A stretch of DNA of 39,976 nucleotides from a bacterium (GTDB taxonomy: Bacteria; UBA6262; WVXT01). Location: contig JBHIBS010000015.1 of the NCBI GenBank assembly GCA_046759165.1, forward strand, positions 1 to 39,976, given 5' to 3'. Of the stretch, positions 8,933 to 17,612 are shown piece by piece; position 1 is the first letter of the stretch, and every line of letters begins with the position of its first letter. Below the pieces are notes generated by a model that saw only the letters and a list, made by a program, of their open reading frames with translations, did not search any database and was not told where the DNA came from. A program made the translations under genes and the position numbers.

Positions 8933-9879
8933 TTCGAAAGGCAAAAGAGAAAGGCCCGAATTTAACAATAGATCTTGCGGGGATTTCTTTGAGAAATCCT
9001 GTAATGGTCGCCTCCGGGACATTTGGCTACGGAGAAGAGTACGCCGAGCTAATAGATTTAAATAGGCTGGGAGCAATTGTTACTAAGACCATTACTCTAA
9101 AGCCGAGGCTGGGAAACGAACCTCCCAGGATTGTGGAGACTGCTTCAGGGATCCTAAATTCAATTGGTCTACAAAATGTTGGTATAAATGCGTTTATTGA
9201 TGAGAAGTTACCGTTCCTAAGGGAATATGATGTTCCTTTAATTGTGAGTATTGCTGGTGAGACCCCCGATGAGTATGTCGAACTGGCGAAGACTTTGAGA
9301 GAAGAGAAGATTGAAGGGCTCGAATTGAATCTTTCCTGTCCCAACATTAAATATGACAGGAAACTTATGTTCGCCCAGGATCCTAAAGTGACTCGTCGGA
9401 TGGTGAGTAGAGTAAGGAAGGCGACGAACCTTCCCCTTATTGTGAAACTTTCTCCTAATGTTACGGACATAGCCTTTATTGCCAAGATGTGTGAGGAGGC
9501 GGGAGCGGATGCAATCTCCCTGATAAACACATTTGTGGGCATGGCAATAGATGTGGAAAGTGGAGAGCCCATGCTACACGAGATTACAGGTGGACTTTCG
9601 GGTCCGGCGATTAAGCCGATTGCTGTCAGGATGGTCTATGAAGTTCATAAATCAGTGGAGATTCCCATAATCGGTATGGGTGGAATTATTACCGCTGGTG
9701 ATGCCTTAGAATTTATTATTGCTGGCGCGAAAGCTGTTGCCATTGGCACAGGTAACTTCGTTGATCCCAGAGCACCGATTAAGGTTATTGATGGAATAAG
9801 AGAGCACATGATAAAGAATAAAATTAAAGATATAGAATTGATGGTGGGGAGTTTGAAATGTCCGAAAGGCTCATTGTAG
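8929..9879 (+). CDS. pyrD: Dihydroorotate dehydrogenase family 1B catalytic subunit
   Basis: ASGTFG, NSIGLQN, ELNLSCPN, VKLSPN, GGLSGPAIKP; ATGA overlap with the pyrK stop. Confidence 0.96.
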   Translation: MIRKAKEKGPNLTIDLAGISLRNPVMVASGTFGYGEEYAELIDLNRLGAIVTKTITLKPRLGNEPPRIVETASGILNSIGLQNVGINAFIDEKLPFLREYDVPLIVSIAGETPDEYVELAKTLREEKIEGLELNLSCPNIKYDRKLMFAQDPKVTRRMVSRVRKATNLPLIVKLSPNVTDIAFIAKMCEEAGADAISLINTFVGMAIDVESGEPMLHEITGGLSGPAIKPIAVRMVYEVHKSVEIPIIGMGGIITAGDALEFIIAGAKAVAIGTGNFVDPRAPIKVIDGIREHMIKNKIKDIELMVGSLKCPKGSL

Positions 9880-10553
9880 CCCTCGATGTCAATGGAATAG
9901 AAAGGGCAGAGAACTTAGTCGATTCTCTGATCCCCTATGCGAAGTTCTTTAAAGTTGGTAGCTTCCTGTTCACTGCCGAGGGCCCAAAAGTTTTAGATAT
10001 GGTAGTAAGAAAAGGAGGGAAAGTATTCCTGGATTTAAAGTATTGTGATATTCCCAATGTGGTGAGTAACTCTGTCAGAACGGCCCAGAGACATGGGGTC
10101 TTCTCCTTGACTCTCTCTATCCTTGGGGGGAGGAAGATGTTGGAGGAGGCAGCTTCGATTCATCCGAGACCCCTCCTTTGGGGAGTTACAATTTTGACCA
10201 GCATAGATTCTCCTGATATGAAGGAACTGGGAATATTCAGAGAGATTGGAGATGAAGTTGTAGCTCTAGCGAGGATGGCCGAAAACGCAGGATTGGAAGG
10301 TGTCGTGGCTTCTCCTCTTGAAGTCGAGCAGATCAGGAAAGCTACCAGAAAAGATTTCATCATAGTGACCCCGGGAATAAGACCTCTGGCGCCAGAGAAA
10401 TCTTTACCTGATGACCAGAAAAGGGTAATGGCTCCCGGCGAAGCTTTAGGGAAGGGAGCCGACTATATCGTCGTGGGAAGGCCGATCATAGAAGCCCCCG
10501 ACCCTGTTGGGGCAGTTAAAGCGATATTGCAGGAGATGGGGGATTTGAGTTGA
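9858..10553 (+). CDS. pyrF: Orotidine-5'-phosphate decarboxylase
   Basis: LIVALD, FLDLKYCDIPN, VTPGIR, VVGRPI. Confidence 0.96.
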   Translation: MSERLIVALDVNGIERAENLVDSLIPYAKFFKVGSFLFTAEGPKVLDMVVRKGGKVFLDLKYCDIPNVVSNSVRTAQRHGVFSLTLSILGGRKMLEEAASIHPRPLLWGVTILTSIDSPDMKELGIFREIGDEVVALARMAENAGLEGVVASPLEVEQIRKATRKDFIIVTPGIRPLAPEKSLPDDQKRVMAPGEALGKGADYIVVGRPIIEAPDPVGAVKAILQEMGDLS

Positions 10554-11137
10554 CCCAGAGAGAGATTCTAGAAATATTTCAGAAATGTGGTGGGCTTCTT
10601 TCCGGACATTTCAAGCTCTCTTCTGGATTACATTCAGGTAAATATCTTCAGTGTGGGCTGGTTCTTCAATATCCGGACCTGGCTGAAAAGCTTTGTAGCC
10701 AACTTGCCTCCAAGTTTGAGCTTCGCGGGTCAAAGATCGATGTTGTCATTTCTCCCGCTATCGGAGGAATAATCGTTGGTCAAGAGGTGGCTAAAGTTTT
10801 GGGCTGTCGAGCCCTATTCTGCGAGAGAGAACAGGGTAAGATGAAGTTACGTCGGGGGTTTGAAATAGGAAAAGGTGAGAGAGTTGTAATAGTAGAGGAT
10901 GTGATCACTACGGGTGGCTCGGTTAAGGAGATAGTAGAAATTGTGAGGGGTATGGGGGGAGAGGTCGAAGGAATTGGAACAATTGTTGATCGTAGCAAGC
11001 CTTCCCTTTCGGATGATCTGGCCACTCAAAATTTACCCTTAAAGAGGTTACTGAGAATAAATATAGAGACTTATTCTCCAGAGGAGTGTCCGATTTGTAA
11101 AAAGGGAATTCCTTTAGAAAAACCTGGAAGCAGATAA
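10550..11137 (+). CDS. pyrE: Orotate phosphoribosyltransferase
   Basis: GHFKLSSGLHS, VEDVITTGGS PRPP-binding motif. Confidence 0.96.
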   Translation: MTQREILEIFQKCGGLLSGHFKLSSGLHSGKYLQCGLVLQYPDLAEKLCSQLASKFELRGSKIDVVISPAIGGIIVGQEVAKVLGCRALFCEREQGKMKLRRGFEIGKGERVVIVEDVITTGGSVKEIVEIVRGMGGEVEGIGTIVDRSKPSLSDDLATQNLPLKRLLRINIETYSPEECPICKKGIPLEKPGSR

Positions 11138-11207
11138 TATTCAGTTATTAGTCCAACGAGAGAATGATTTTCTGACAGGCATTTTAATTACAAATTTGAG
11201 GCGGAGG

Positions 11208-12536
11208 ATGGCCAAGATAGTTCCCTTTCGAGGTATTTTCTATAATCGAGAAAAGATAAAGGAGATGTCGTGGGTCCTTGCTCCACCTTACGACGTCATA
11301 TCTGGTGAGGGACAACAGAGGTACTACGAGATGAGTCAATACAACGTAATCAGAGTCATCTTAGGGAAAGATTTTCCCGGCGATAATGAAGCCAATAACA
11401 GATATACCAGGGCAGCCCAGTTTTTTCAGAGGTGGCTTGAGGAAGGCATACTTAGAAGGGATGATTTTCCCTCTATCTATGTTCTTGAACAGGAGTATGA
11501 ATTGAGAAGCGATATGTTCGGGGAGGTGGAGACTCCTGCAGGTAAAGTAAAAATTATTAAGAGGCGTGGCTTTATAGCTCTTGCCCAATTAGAGGATTTC
11601 TCTAAGGGGATAGTTCGACCACATGAAGAAACAATGGCTGAGCCAAAGAGAGATAGGTTGAATCTTCTCAGAGCCTGCAGGGCGAACTTCTCCCTAATTT
11701 TTACCACTTATGAGGATCCAGAAAATAGAATCGATAGATTGTGGGAAGAGAAGAGGGATGAGACCCCGGTAATCGATCTTATCAATGGAGAAAATATTAG
11801 ACATAGGTTGTGGAGAATAGATGACCAGAAGTCACTTAACTGGATAGTAGAAGCAATGGGAGATAAGAGGTTGTTTATCGCCGATGGTCACCATCGTTAT
11901 GAGAGTGCCCTGGAGTATCGAAATGAGTTAAGGGAAAGCAATTCCAGACATTCGGCCGATGAGGATTATAACTACGTGATGTCATACTTCGTAAACATGG
12001 AAAATGGTGGGCTTAAGATTTTGCCTATTCATCGAGCAATCAGGAGCTTGGAGGGATTTGATGGGAAGAGATTAATTGTAGGAGTCGGGGAATATTTTGA
12101 TGTAAAAATGGTTAGCAACCTAAAAGAACTGTTGAGTCAGATGAAAAACGAGAAAGCAAAACACAGAATAGGAATGTATATGGGCGGAAATGAATTTTAT
12201 CTATTAAGTTTGAGAGAGGAAGGGATTACTGAGGAGTTGATTAAGGGAAGAGCAGAGATTTCCCGTCAACTCGACGTAGTAATATTACATACTTTAATTA
12301 TCGAGAAGGTTTTGAGAATTTCCCCGGAGAGTCGGGAAAGTATCACCTATTCCGAAAAAATTGATGAGACGGTTGCTAAAGTAAGAGATGGCTCGCACTG
12401 TGTAGCCTTTTTCCTTAGGCCCGTAAGGGTATCTGAGTTTAAAGCCATAGTTGAAGCCGGGGAGATAATGCCCAAAAAGTCAACATTTTTTTATCCCAAG
12501 CTGCTGAGTGGTTTGGTAATTAATAGAATTGAATAA
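11208..12536 (+). CDS. DUF1015 family protein
   Basis: PPYDVIS, PHEET, IADGHHRYE, PKKSTFFYPKL motifs; ATG 11208 behind GGAGG. Confidence 0.88.
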   Translation: MAKIVPFRGIFYNREKIKEMSWVLAPPYDVISGEGQQRYYEMSQYNVIRVILGKDFPGDNEANNRYTRAAQFFQRWLEEGILRRDDFPSIYVLEQEYELRSDMFGEVETPAGKVKIIKRRGFIALAQLEDFSKGIVRPHEETMAEPKRDRLNLLRACRANFSLIFTTYEDPENRIDRLWEEKRDETPVIDLINGENIRHRLWRIDDQKSLNWIVEAMGDKRLFIADGHHRYESALEYRNELRESNSRHSADEDYNYVMSYFVNMENGGLKILPIHRAIRSLEGFDGKRLIVGVGEYFDVKMVSNLKELLSQMKNEKAKHRIGMYMGGNEFYLLSLREEGITEELIKGRAEISRQLDVVILHTLIIEKVLRISPESRESITYSEKIDETVAKVRDGSHCVAFFLRPVRVSEFKAIVEAGEIMPKKSTFFYPKLLSGLVINRIE

Positions 12537-12576
12537 AAGCGTAGAAATGGTGTCCTAAACGTGCTCAAGCAGGCAG

Positions 12577-14052
12577 ATGAAGATGAAAAAGATATTTCTA
12601 TTGGTTACTGTTCTTTTGATGATTGGCTCGCTAGCGAATATTTCTCTCAAAGCAACTGAGGTTGAGGAGGAGCCGGTCTTCCACTACCTTTTGGGGAGCA
12701 TTTATTATGAGGACGGGAATATAAGAGCTGCTGCCTCAGAATATGAAAAGGCGGTGAAACTGGATAGTAGTTCACCATTTCTTCACATGGAGCTGGCAAA
12801 AGTATATTATGCTTTAGGTCGGTTCGATGAGGCGGTGGAGGAGTTTTATAGGACTTTGAATCTGGCAGAGAATAATCGTGAGGCTTACCAGTATTTGGCG
12901 GAGATTTACAAAAGGAGGGGTCAGGGTTCGGAAGCCATTGAATTTTATAAAAAGATAGCGGAGTTGAATCCTGAGGATTTGGAAGCCAAGCTCGATTTAG
13001 CGAGAACGTACGAAGAGCTCAAAAGAATTGACCTGGCAATTGATGAGTATAAGAAAATAATTAAGATAGCTCCGGAGCAATGGGAAGCTCGTATCCGTCT
13101 GGCATCAATCTACGAATCCCAGGGTAAATACAGAGAAGCAATAGAAGAGTACTTAAAATGTAGAAAAATCGACCCAGAAAATACCCAAATTTATAATAAG
13201 CTCGCTACTCTCTATTTCTCTATTAAGGATGTCTCCAAAGCAAAAGAAAACTTCTCGAAGACTCTAGAGATTGATCCCCATAATCTAAGAGCTCTCCATA
13301 GCCTAGCTCTAATTTACGAACAGGAGAAAGACTGGGACCAGGCAATTGAATACCTTGAGCGGATTAATCTCCTCCAGAAAGAAGTAGTGGAGACCTATCT
13401 ACACCTTGGAATTATATATTTGGAGAAAGGCGATTATCAGAAAGCAAAGGAAGTTCTGCAAGAAGCATCCGAATTAAAACCGGAGGATGCCAATATCTGG
13501 TATTTTTTGGGACTTTGCCTAGAGGAAGAGAAGAAATATTCTGAGGCAGTAGATGCTTTTTCTAACGCAATAAAATATAACCCGCAGAATGTAGAGGTCT
13601 ATTTCCATCTCGGTATCTGTTATGGCCAGCTAAAAAACTTCGATCTTTGTTACGAAGCTTTGGAAGAAGTAATCAGGATGAACCCCCGCCATGCTCAGGC
13701 GCGCAACTACCTTGGTTATTCCTGGGCTGAACGCGGGAAAAATTTAGAGGAGGCGTTAGAACATATTCAGAAAGCCTTGGAGATCGATCCCGAAAACGGC
13801 GCCTACATTGATAGCCTTGGTTGGGTATACTTTCAGCAAGGGAAGTATGTAAAAGCTCGGGAAGAGTTGACAAAGGCAATAAAATTGAGGAAGGACCCCG
13901 TAATTTATGAACATCTTGGTGATACTTATAGTAAACTGGGTGAAACTAGGAAAGCTCTTGATACGTATCGTAAAGCATTAGAACTGGATGTAGGAAATGA
14001 GAAGTTAATGGAGAAAATAGGAAACTTAGAAGAACAATTGAAGAGAGAATGA
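12577..14052 (+). CDS. Exported tetratricopeptide-repeat protein
   Basis: N-terminal signal-like segment, many tandem TPR helices, NYLGYSWA...YIDSLGWVY motif of the TPR gene often found upstream of ispE. Confidence 0.9.
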   Translation: MKMKKIFLLVTVLLMIGSLANISLKATEVEEEPVFHYLLGSIYYEDGNIRAAASEYEKAVKLDSSSPFLHMELAKVYYALGRFDEAVEEFYRTLNLAENNREAYQYLAEIYKRRGQGSEAIEFYKKIAELNPEDLEAKLDLARTYEELKRIDLAIDEYKKIIKIAPEQWEARIRLASIYESQGKYREAIEEYLKCRKIDPENTQIYNKLATLYFSIKDVSKAKENFSKTLEIDPHNLRALHSLALIYEQEKDWDQAIEYLERINLLQKEVVETYLHLGIIYLEKGDYQKAKEVLQEASELKPEDANIWYFLGLCLEEEKKYSEAVDAFSNAIKYNPQNVEVYFHLGICYGQLKNFDLCYEALEEVIRMNPRHAQARNYLGYSWAERGKNLEEALEHIQKALEIDPENGAYIDSLGWVYFQQGKYVKAREELTKAIKLRKDPVIYEHLGDTYSKLGETRKALDTYRKALELDVGNEKLMEKIGNLEEQLKRE

Positions 14053-14969
14053 GAATTCGAGCTTATGGGAAGATAAACTTGTATTTACAGGTATTGGATG
14101 ATTTCTCGAGTCTTCGAAAGGGATACCATAGACTACAAACAATCTATCAAACTATCGGTCTATATGATGAGGTCATTTTATCCAATACTGAAGGGCATGG
14201 AATAGAGGTTCTCTGCGATCATCCCTTAGTTCCAAAAAGCTCGAAAAATCTTGTCTATAAGGCAGCATCATTGTTGAGGAGATATGCGGGAGTCAAAAAG
14301 GGCGTAAGGATAGAAATTGCAAAGAAGATTCCCGTTGGCGGTGGATTGGGTGGTGGTTCATCCGATGCAGCAGCGACCTTGAAGGGATTGAATAGACTAT
14401 GGAAATTAAGTTATGCCCGCAAGACTCTGCTTCCCATATCAGCACAACTTGGCTGTGATGTCCCTTTCTTTCTTTACAACCATACTGCTTTAGGTGAAGG
14501 GTATGGGGAAATAGTGACCCCTCTTCCTGGGATAAAGAAGAGATGGGTTCTTTTAGTTAAGCCCGATTTTATGCTCTCCACCAGGTGGGTTTATAGACAG
14601 CTTGGTAAAATAAGGTTGACAGAGCCTATAAATATTATTAAAATAAAAATTCCCCGGTCTCAATCGGAAAGAAAAAGAGAGGCTTCTCTTTCAGGAAGCT
14701 CGGTTCTGACTATTGTCCAAATAGGGAAGATTTTGAAAGAAGGCATAGAGAAGTTAATTTATAATCGGTTAGAAGAAGTTGCTATTTCTCGCTATCCAAT
14801 TATTGCTCAAATAAAAAAAGATCTTCTGAAAGGAGGTGCTGATTGTGCTTTAATGTCGGGTAGTGGCCCGACAGTTTTTGCTCTTTTGAGGGACCAGAGA
14901 GTAGGGGAAAAGTTACGGAAGAAGATGGAGAAGTACAAATTTTCTACTTGGTTGGTCAGAACAGTTTAG
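14049..14969 (+). CDS. ispE: 4-diphosphocytidyl-2-C-methyl-D-erythritol kinase
   Basis: KINLYL, GYH, IPVGGGLGGGSSDAA, LGCDVPFF, MSGSGPTVF. Confidence 0.96.
   Translation: MRIRAYGKINLYLQVLDDFSSLRKGYHRLQTIYQTIGLYDEVILSNTEGHGIEVLCDHPLVPKSSKNLVYKAASLLRRYAGVKKGVRIEIAKKIPVGGGLGGGSSDAAATLKGLNRLWKLSYARKTLLPISAQLGCDVPFFLYNHTALGEGYGEIVTPLPGIKKRWVLLVKPDFMLSTRWVYRQLGKIRLTEPINIIKIKIPRSQSERKREASLSGSSVLTIVQIGKILKEGIEKLIYNRLEEVAISRYPIIAQIKKDLLKGGADCALMSGSGPTVFALLRDQRVGEKLRKKMEKYKFSTWLVRTV
14616..14644 (+). promoter_or_regulatory. Internal sigma70 promoter within ispE
   Basis: TTGACA (14616-14621), 17 bp, TAAAAT (14639-14644). Confidence 0.6.
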
Positions 14970-15143
14970 AGCTGCTCAAAGTGAAGGGTGCGATTTTGCA
15001 GTCGGTTTCTCTAGAAATTTGTTTCCAGATTTCCGACTACAATGCTGGCGATGATGGTAATTAATTACCATCGTTTAGCCGTTGCTGGCGCGCGAGTTTT
15101 AACGCTATTGAGCATCCGATGATTGACAAAGGAGGAAGCAAAG

Positions 15144-15485
15144 ATGCAGATTACGGAGGTGCGAGTCTACCCGAGGAACGAGGAGAAGTTAAAGGCCTTT
15201 GTTACCGTGACTTTCGACGACTCTTTTGTGGTTCGTAATCTAAAAGTGATCCAAGGGCAGAATGGGTTGTTTGTGGCGATGCCTTCGAGAAAAATGGCTG
15301 ATGGCAGTCATAAGGACATAGCTCATCCCATAAAGAACGAGGTTCGGAGAATGATTGAGGAGAAAGTTCTGGCTGCCTATCAGGAAAAGATTAAGGAGAC
15401 TCCTCCTCGAACCCAGTTTGGGGGCGGTGAAGAACCAGCAAAAGAACCAGCAAAGGAACCAGCAAAAGAAGAAGAGGAGAAATAA
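15144..15485 (+). CDS. spoVG: SpoVG family nucleic-acid-binding protein
   Basis: MQITEVRV, LKAFVTVTFDD, GLFVAMPSRK, DIAHPI; ATG 15144 behind AAGGAGG. Confidence 0.95.
   Translation: MQITEVRVYPRNEEKLKAFVTVTFDDSFVVRNLKVIQGQNGLFVAMPSRKMADGSHKDIAHPIKNEVRRMIEEKVLAAYQEKIKETPPRTQFGGGEEPAKEPAKEPAKEEEEK
15432..15467 (+). repeat. 3 x 12-bp tandem repeat encoding (EPAK)3 in the SpoVG tail
   Basis: GAACCAGCAAAA GAACCAGCAAAG GAACCAGCAAAA. Confidence 0.9.
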
Positions 15486-15506
15486 ACCCGCTTACTTCTC
15501 ATAGAT

Positions 15507-15577
15507 TGGGGAGTAGCCAAGCGGAAAGGCAGCGGCCTTTGGAGCCGCGACCATAGGTTCGAATCCTATCTCCCCAG
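15507..15577 (+). tRNA. tRNA-Gln(TTG), CCA not encoded
   Basis: Acceptor TGGGGAG/CTCCCCA, anticodon arm GCGGC-CTTTGGA-GCCGC, T-arm ATAGG-TTCGAAT-CCTAT. Confidence 0.96.
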
Positions 15578-15620
15578 TTTACATTTGTATGCACGGTTTC
15601 AAATCCTGCAACCAAAAATT

Positions 15621-15836
15621 TCAGGAATTAAAATATAATTTTAGTCATTGTTGAGGAATTTCTGACAGCAAAAAACTTCGGACTTTGCGAGACGTAAATC
15701 AAAACTCCTTCCTCTGTTTTAGTCGAGGCGTCAGACAATGATTTACTTGAAAGAGGAAAAGTGGAAGCATTCGGATTAAGAATCGGGGTGCGGATCAAGG
15801 AGTTTGTCTTTGCGCATAATCTGTTCCCCAAGGGGA
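15621..15836 (+). ncRNA. Candidate structured non-coding element, copy A (homologous to 21334-21537)
   Basis: Collinear shared blocks with copy B; helices retained through compensatory and G-U changes; family not recognised. Confidence 0.55.
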
Positions 15837-15886
15837 TCTGATAAAATTGGGTGAAGGTCCGGAAGGGAATATCTTGTCCACCTCTT

Positions 15887-15924
15887 TTGGCTAAAATTTT
15901 AAAAGCTCTTTACAAATTATCTTT
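15887..15924 (+). repeat. 38-bp intergenic repeat, copy 2
   Basis: TTGGCTAAAATTTTAAAAGCTCTTTACAAATTATCTTT. Confidence 0.85.
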
Positions 15925-15932
15925 CAAATTTT

Positions 15933-16022
15933 GTATCTAGAGAGCGAAGCTCTGCTAAAGGGAAGCAAAGCTTGCGCTTTGCCGCTACGGGAAAGGAATG
16001 TATTGGCAGAGCAAAGCCCTGC
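15933..16022. repeat. Cluster of three REP-like hairpins (forward, inverted, forward; BIME/REPIN-like)
   Basis: AGAGC-GAA-GCTCT (15941-15953); GCAAAGC-TTGC-GCTTTGC-CG-CTAC (15965-15988, reverse copy); GTAT-TG-GCAGAGC-AAA-GCCCTGC (16000-16022). Confidence 0.75.
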
Positions 16023-16095
16023 GTCAATGCAGGGGTGACACGCAGTTTACCCCGGCCAAGCGGCGTTGTTGCCAGATTATCGGTGGTGGACTATT

Positions 16096-17472
16096 TTGAG
16101 AAATCTTGTCTCCATTATTCTTGCGGCGGGGGAAGGTACGAGAATGAAATCGACCTTGCCCAAGGTGTTACACCAGATATGCGGCCAGCCGATGCTCGTT
16201 TATGTGTTGAAGGTTGTCCTGAAGGTTGGTTGCCGGAAGAATTACTTGGTGGTAGGACATAAAAAGGAGAAGATAATTGAAGTCTTAAGGAATTCTCTAC
16301 CGCTGAAGAAAAGAGGGATTGAATTTGTCAGCCAAACCAAGTTACTTGGCTCGGGACATGCGGTTCTTCAGGTGAAAAAAAATTTGAGAGATTATAGAGG
16401 AGATGTCTTGGTGATTTATGGTGACCTTCCTCTTTTGACTGGAAGAACTCTGAAGAGGTTAATTCAAACCCATTTTAAAGAGGATAACTGTCTGACTATC
16501 CTTGGTGCTCCTTTGGAAAATCCCTCTGGCTATGGAAGAATTATTGAAAATAGTAATGGGAAAGGGATAAGAATAGTGGAAGAGAGAGATGCTACCCCGA
16601 AAGAGAGGAGAATTAATCGAGTTAATGTTGGGGTGTACTGTTTTAAACTGAAAGATCTGTTTAGGGCAATAGATAAAATTAGGCCTGATAATAAAAAAAG
16701 TGAGTATTACCTCACGGACGTGGTGCAGATTTTGGGAGAGATGGGCAAGAAGGTAGGAATTGTTATAACTAAGGATTCCAGCGAAGTTGAGGGAGTAAAT
16801 AATCGAAAACAACTGGCAAACGTTCAGAAATATGTCAATATGAAAAACTTGGAACGTTTGATGTTAACTGGAGTTACAATTGTCGACCCACCTTCGACTT
16901 TTATCGATTCCACAGTAGGGATTGGGAGGGACACGATTATTTATCCTGGTTCGACAATTTTTGGGAAGACGAGAATTGGAGAGAATTGTAAGCTGGGTCC
17001 TTATGCCTTCATTCAGGATTGCCAGATAGAAAAGGGGGTGGAGATCCGAGCTTCCTTTATCTATGGTGCCAAAATTGCTGAAAGAGCGAAGGTTGGTCCC
17101 TTTTCCCACATCCGACCTGGGACATTCGTTGGAGGGGATGCTAGGGTGGGAAATTTTTGTGAAGTGAAAAAATCGAGAATTGGTCAGGGGACAAAGGTAT
17201 CCCACCTCTCGTATATAGGAGATGCCTTTTTGGGGAAGGGTATTAACATAGGTGCAGGAACAATTACCTGTAATTTTGATGGCGTTAGGAAAAACATAAC
17301 CCGGGTGGGAAACGGTACATTTGTTGGTTCGGATACAAAATTTATAGCGCCGGTCAAAATTGGAAAGGGTGCAGTCATTGGTGCTGGCTCAATCATTACA
17401 GAGGACGTACCTGCGGGTAAATTGGCCATTGCCAGAGCAAGGCAAGTAATTAAGAAGAAGAAAAAGATGTAG
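16096..17472 (+). CDS. glmU: Bifunctional GlcNAc-1-P uridyltransferase/acetyltransferase
   Basis: ILAAGEGTRMKS, PKVLH, EYYLTD, hexapeptide repeats, HLSYIGD, ITCNFDG; start moved to TTG 16096. Confidence 0.97.
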   Translation: MRNLVSIILAAGEGTRMKSTLPKVLHQICGQPMLVYVLKVVLKVGCRKNYLVVGHKKEKIIEVLRNSLPLKKRGIEFVSQTKLLGSGHAVLQVKKNLRDYRGDVLVIYGDLPLLTGRTLKRLIQTHFKEDNCLTILGAPLENPSGYGRIIENSNGKGIRIVEERDATPKERRINRVNVGVYCFKLKDLFRAIDKIRPDNKKSEYYLTDVVQILGEMGKKVGIVITKDSSEVEGVNNRKQLANVQKYVNMKNLERLMLTGVTIVDPPSTFIDSTVGIGRDTIIYPGSTIFGKTRIGENCKLGPYAFIQDCQIEKGVEIRASFIYGAKIAERAKVGPFSHIRPGTFVGGDARVGNFCEVKKSRIGQGTKVSHLSYIGDAFLGKGINIGAGTITCNFDGVRKNITRVGNGTFVGSDTKFIAPVKIGKGAVIGAGSIITEDVPAGKLAIARARQVIKKKKKM

Positions 17473-17549
17473 TAGCAGAGCGAAAGTCTGCGTTATAATC
17501 ATGTCACTAGGAGCGAGTGAAAGGAGCGTGGTCCTGATGAATCGGGACT
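17469..17549 (+). repeat. GTAG REP-like hairpin plus partial inverted-repeat-family element
   Basis: GTAG-TA-GCAGA...TCTGC (17469-17491); 17497-17549 is 45/53 identical to 32950-33002. Confidence 0.8.
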
Positions 17550-17612
17550 AAAGGGAAAACAAAGTTTTGCCTCAATTGAGATGGTTAATTTCTAAGGGGA
17601 GGAATTACCATT

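Noticed and set aside
15628-15831. Minus-strand ORFs over elements A and B (15628-15831, 21376-21627) with similar peptides
   Set aside because: Similarity follows from the DNA repeat; starts and stops do not correspond and there is no recognisable domain
15850-15880. AGGTCCGGAAGGG resembles SRP RNA domain IV
   Set aside because: The conserved CAGG/AGCA internal loop is missing (AAGG/AATA here) and no long SRP helix is evident
15507-16065. Prophage or integrative element at tRNA-Gln
   Set aside because: No integrase and no exact duplication of the tRNA 3' end in the window
15972-16262. 96-aa + strand ORF and the extended glmU N-terminus
   Set aside because: Both run through REP hairpins, and the 96-aa ORF overlaps glmU out of frame; GlmU homology starts near 16096
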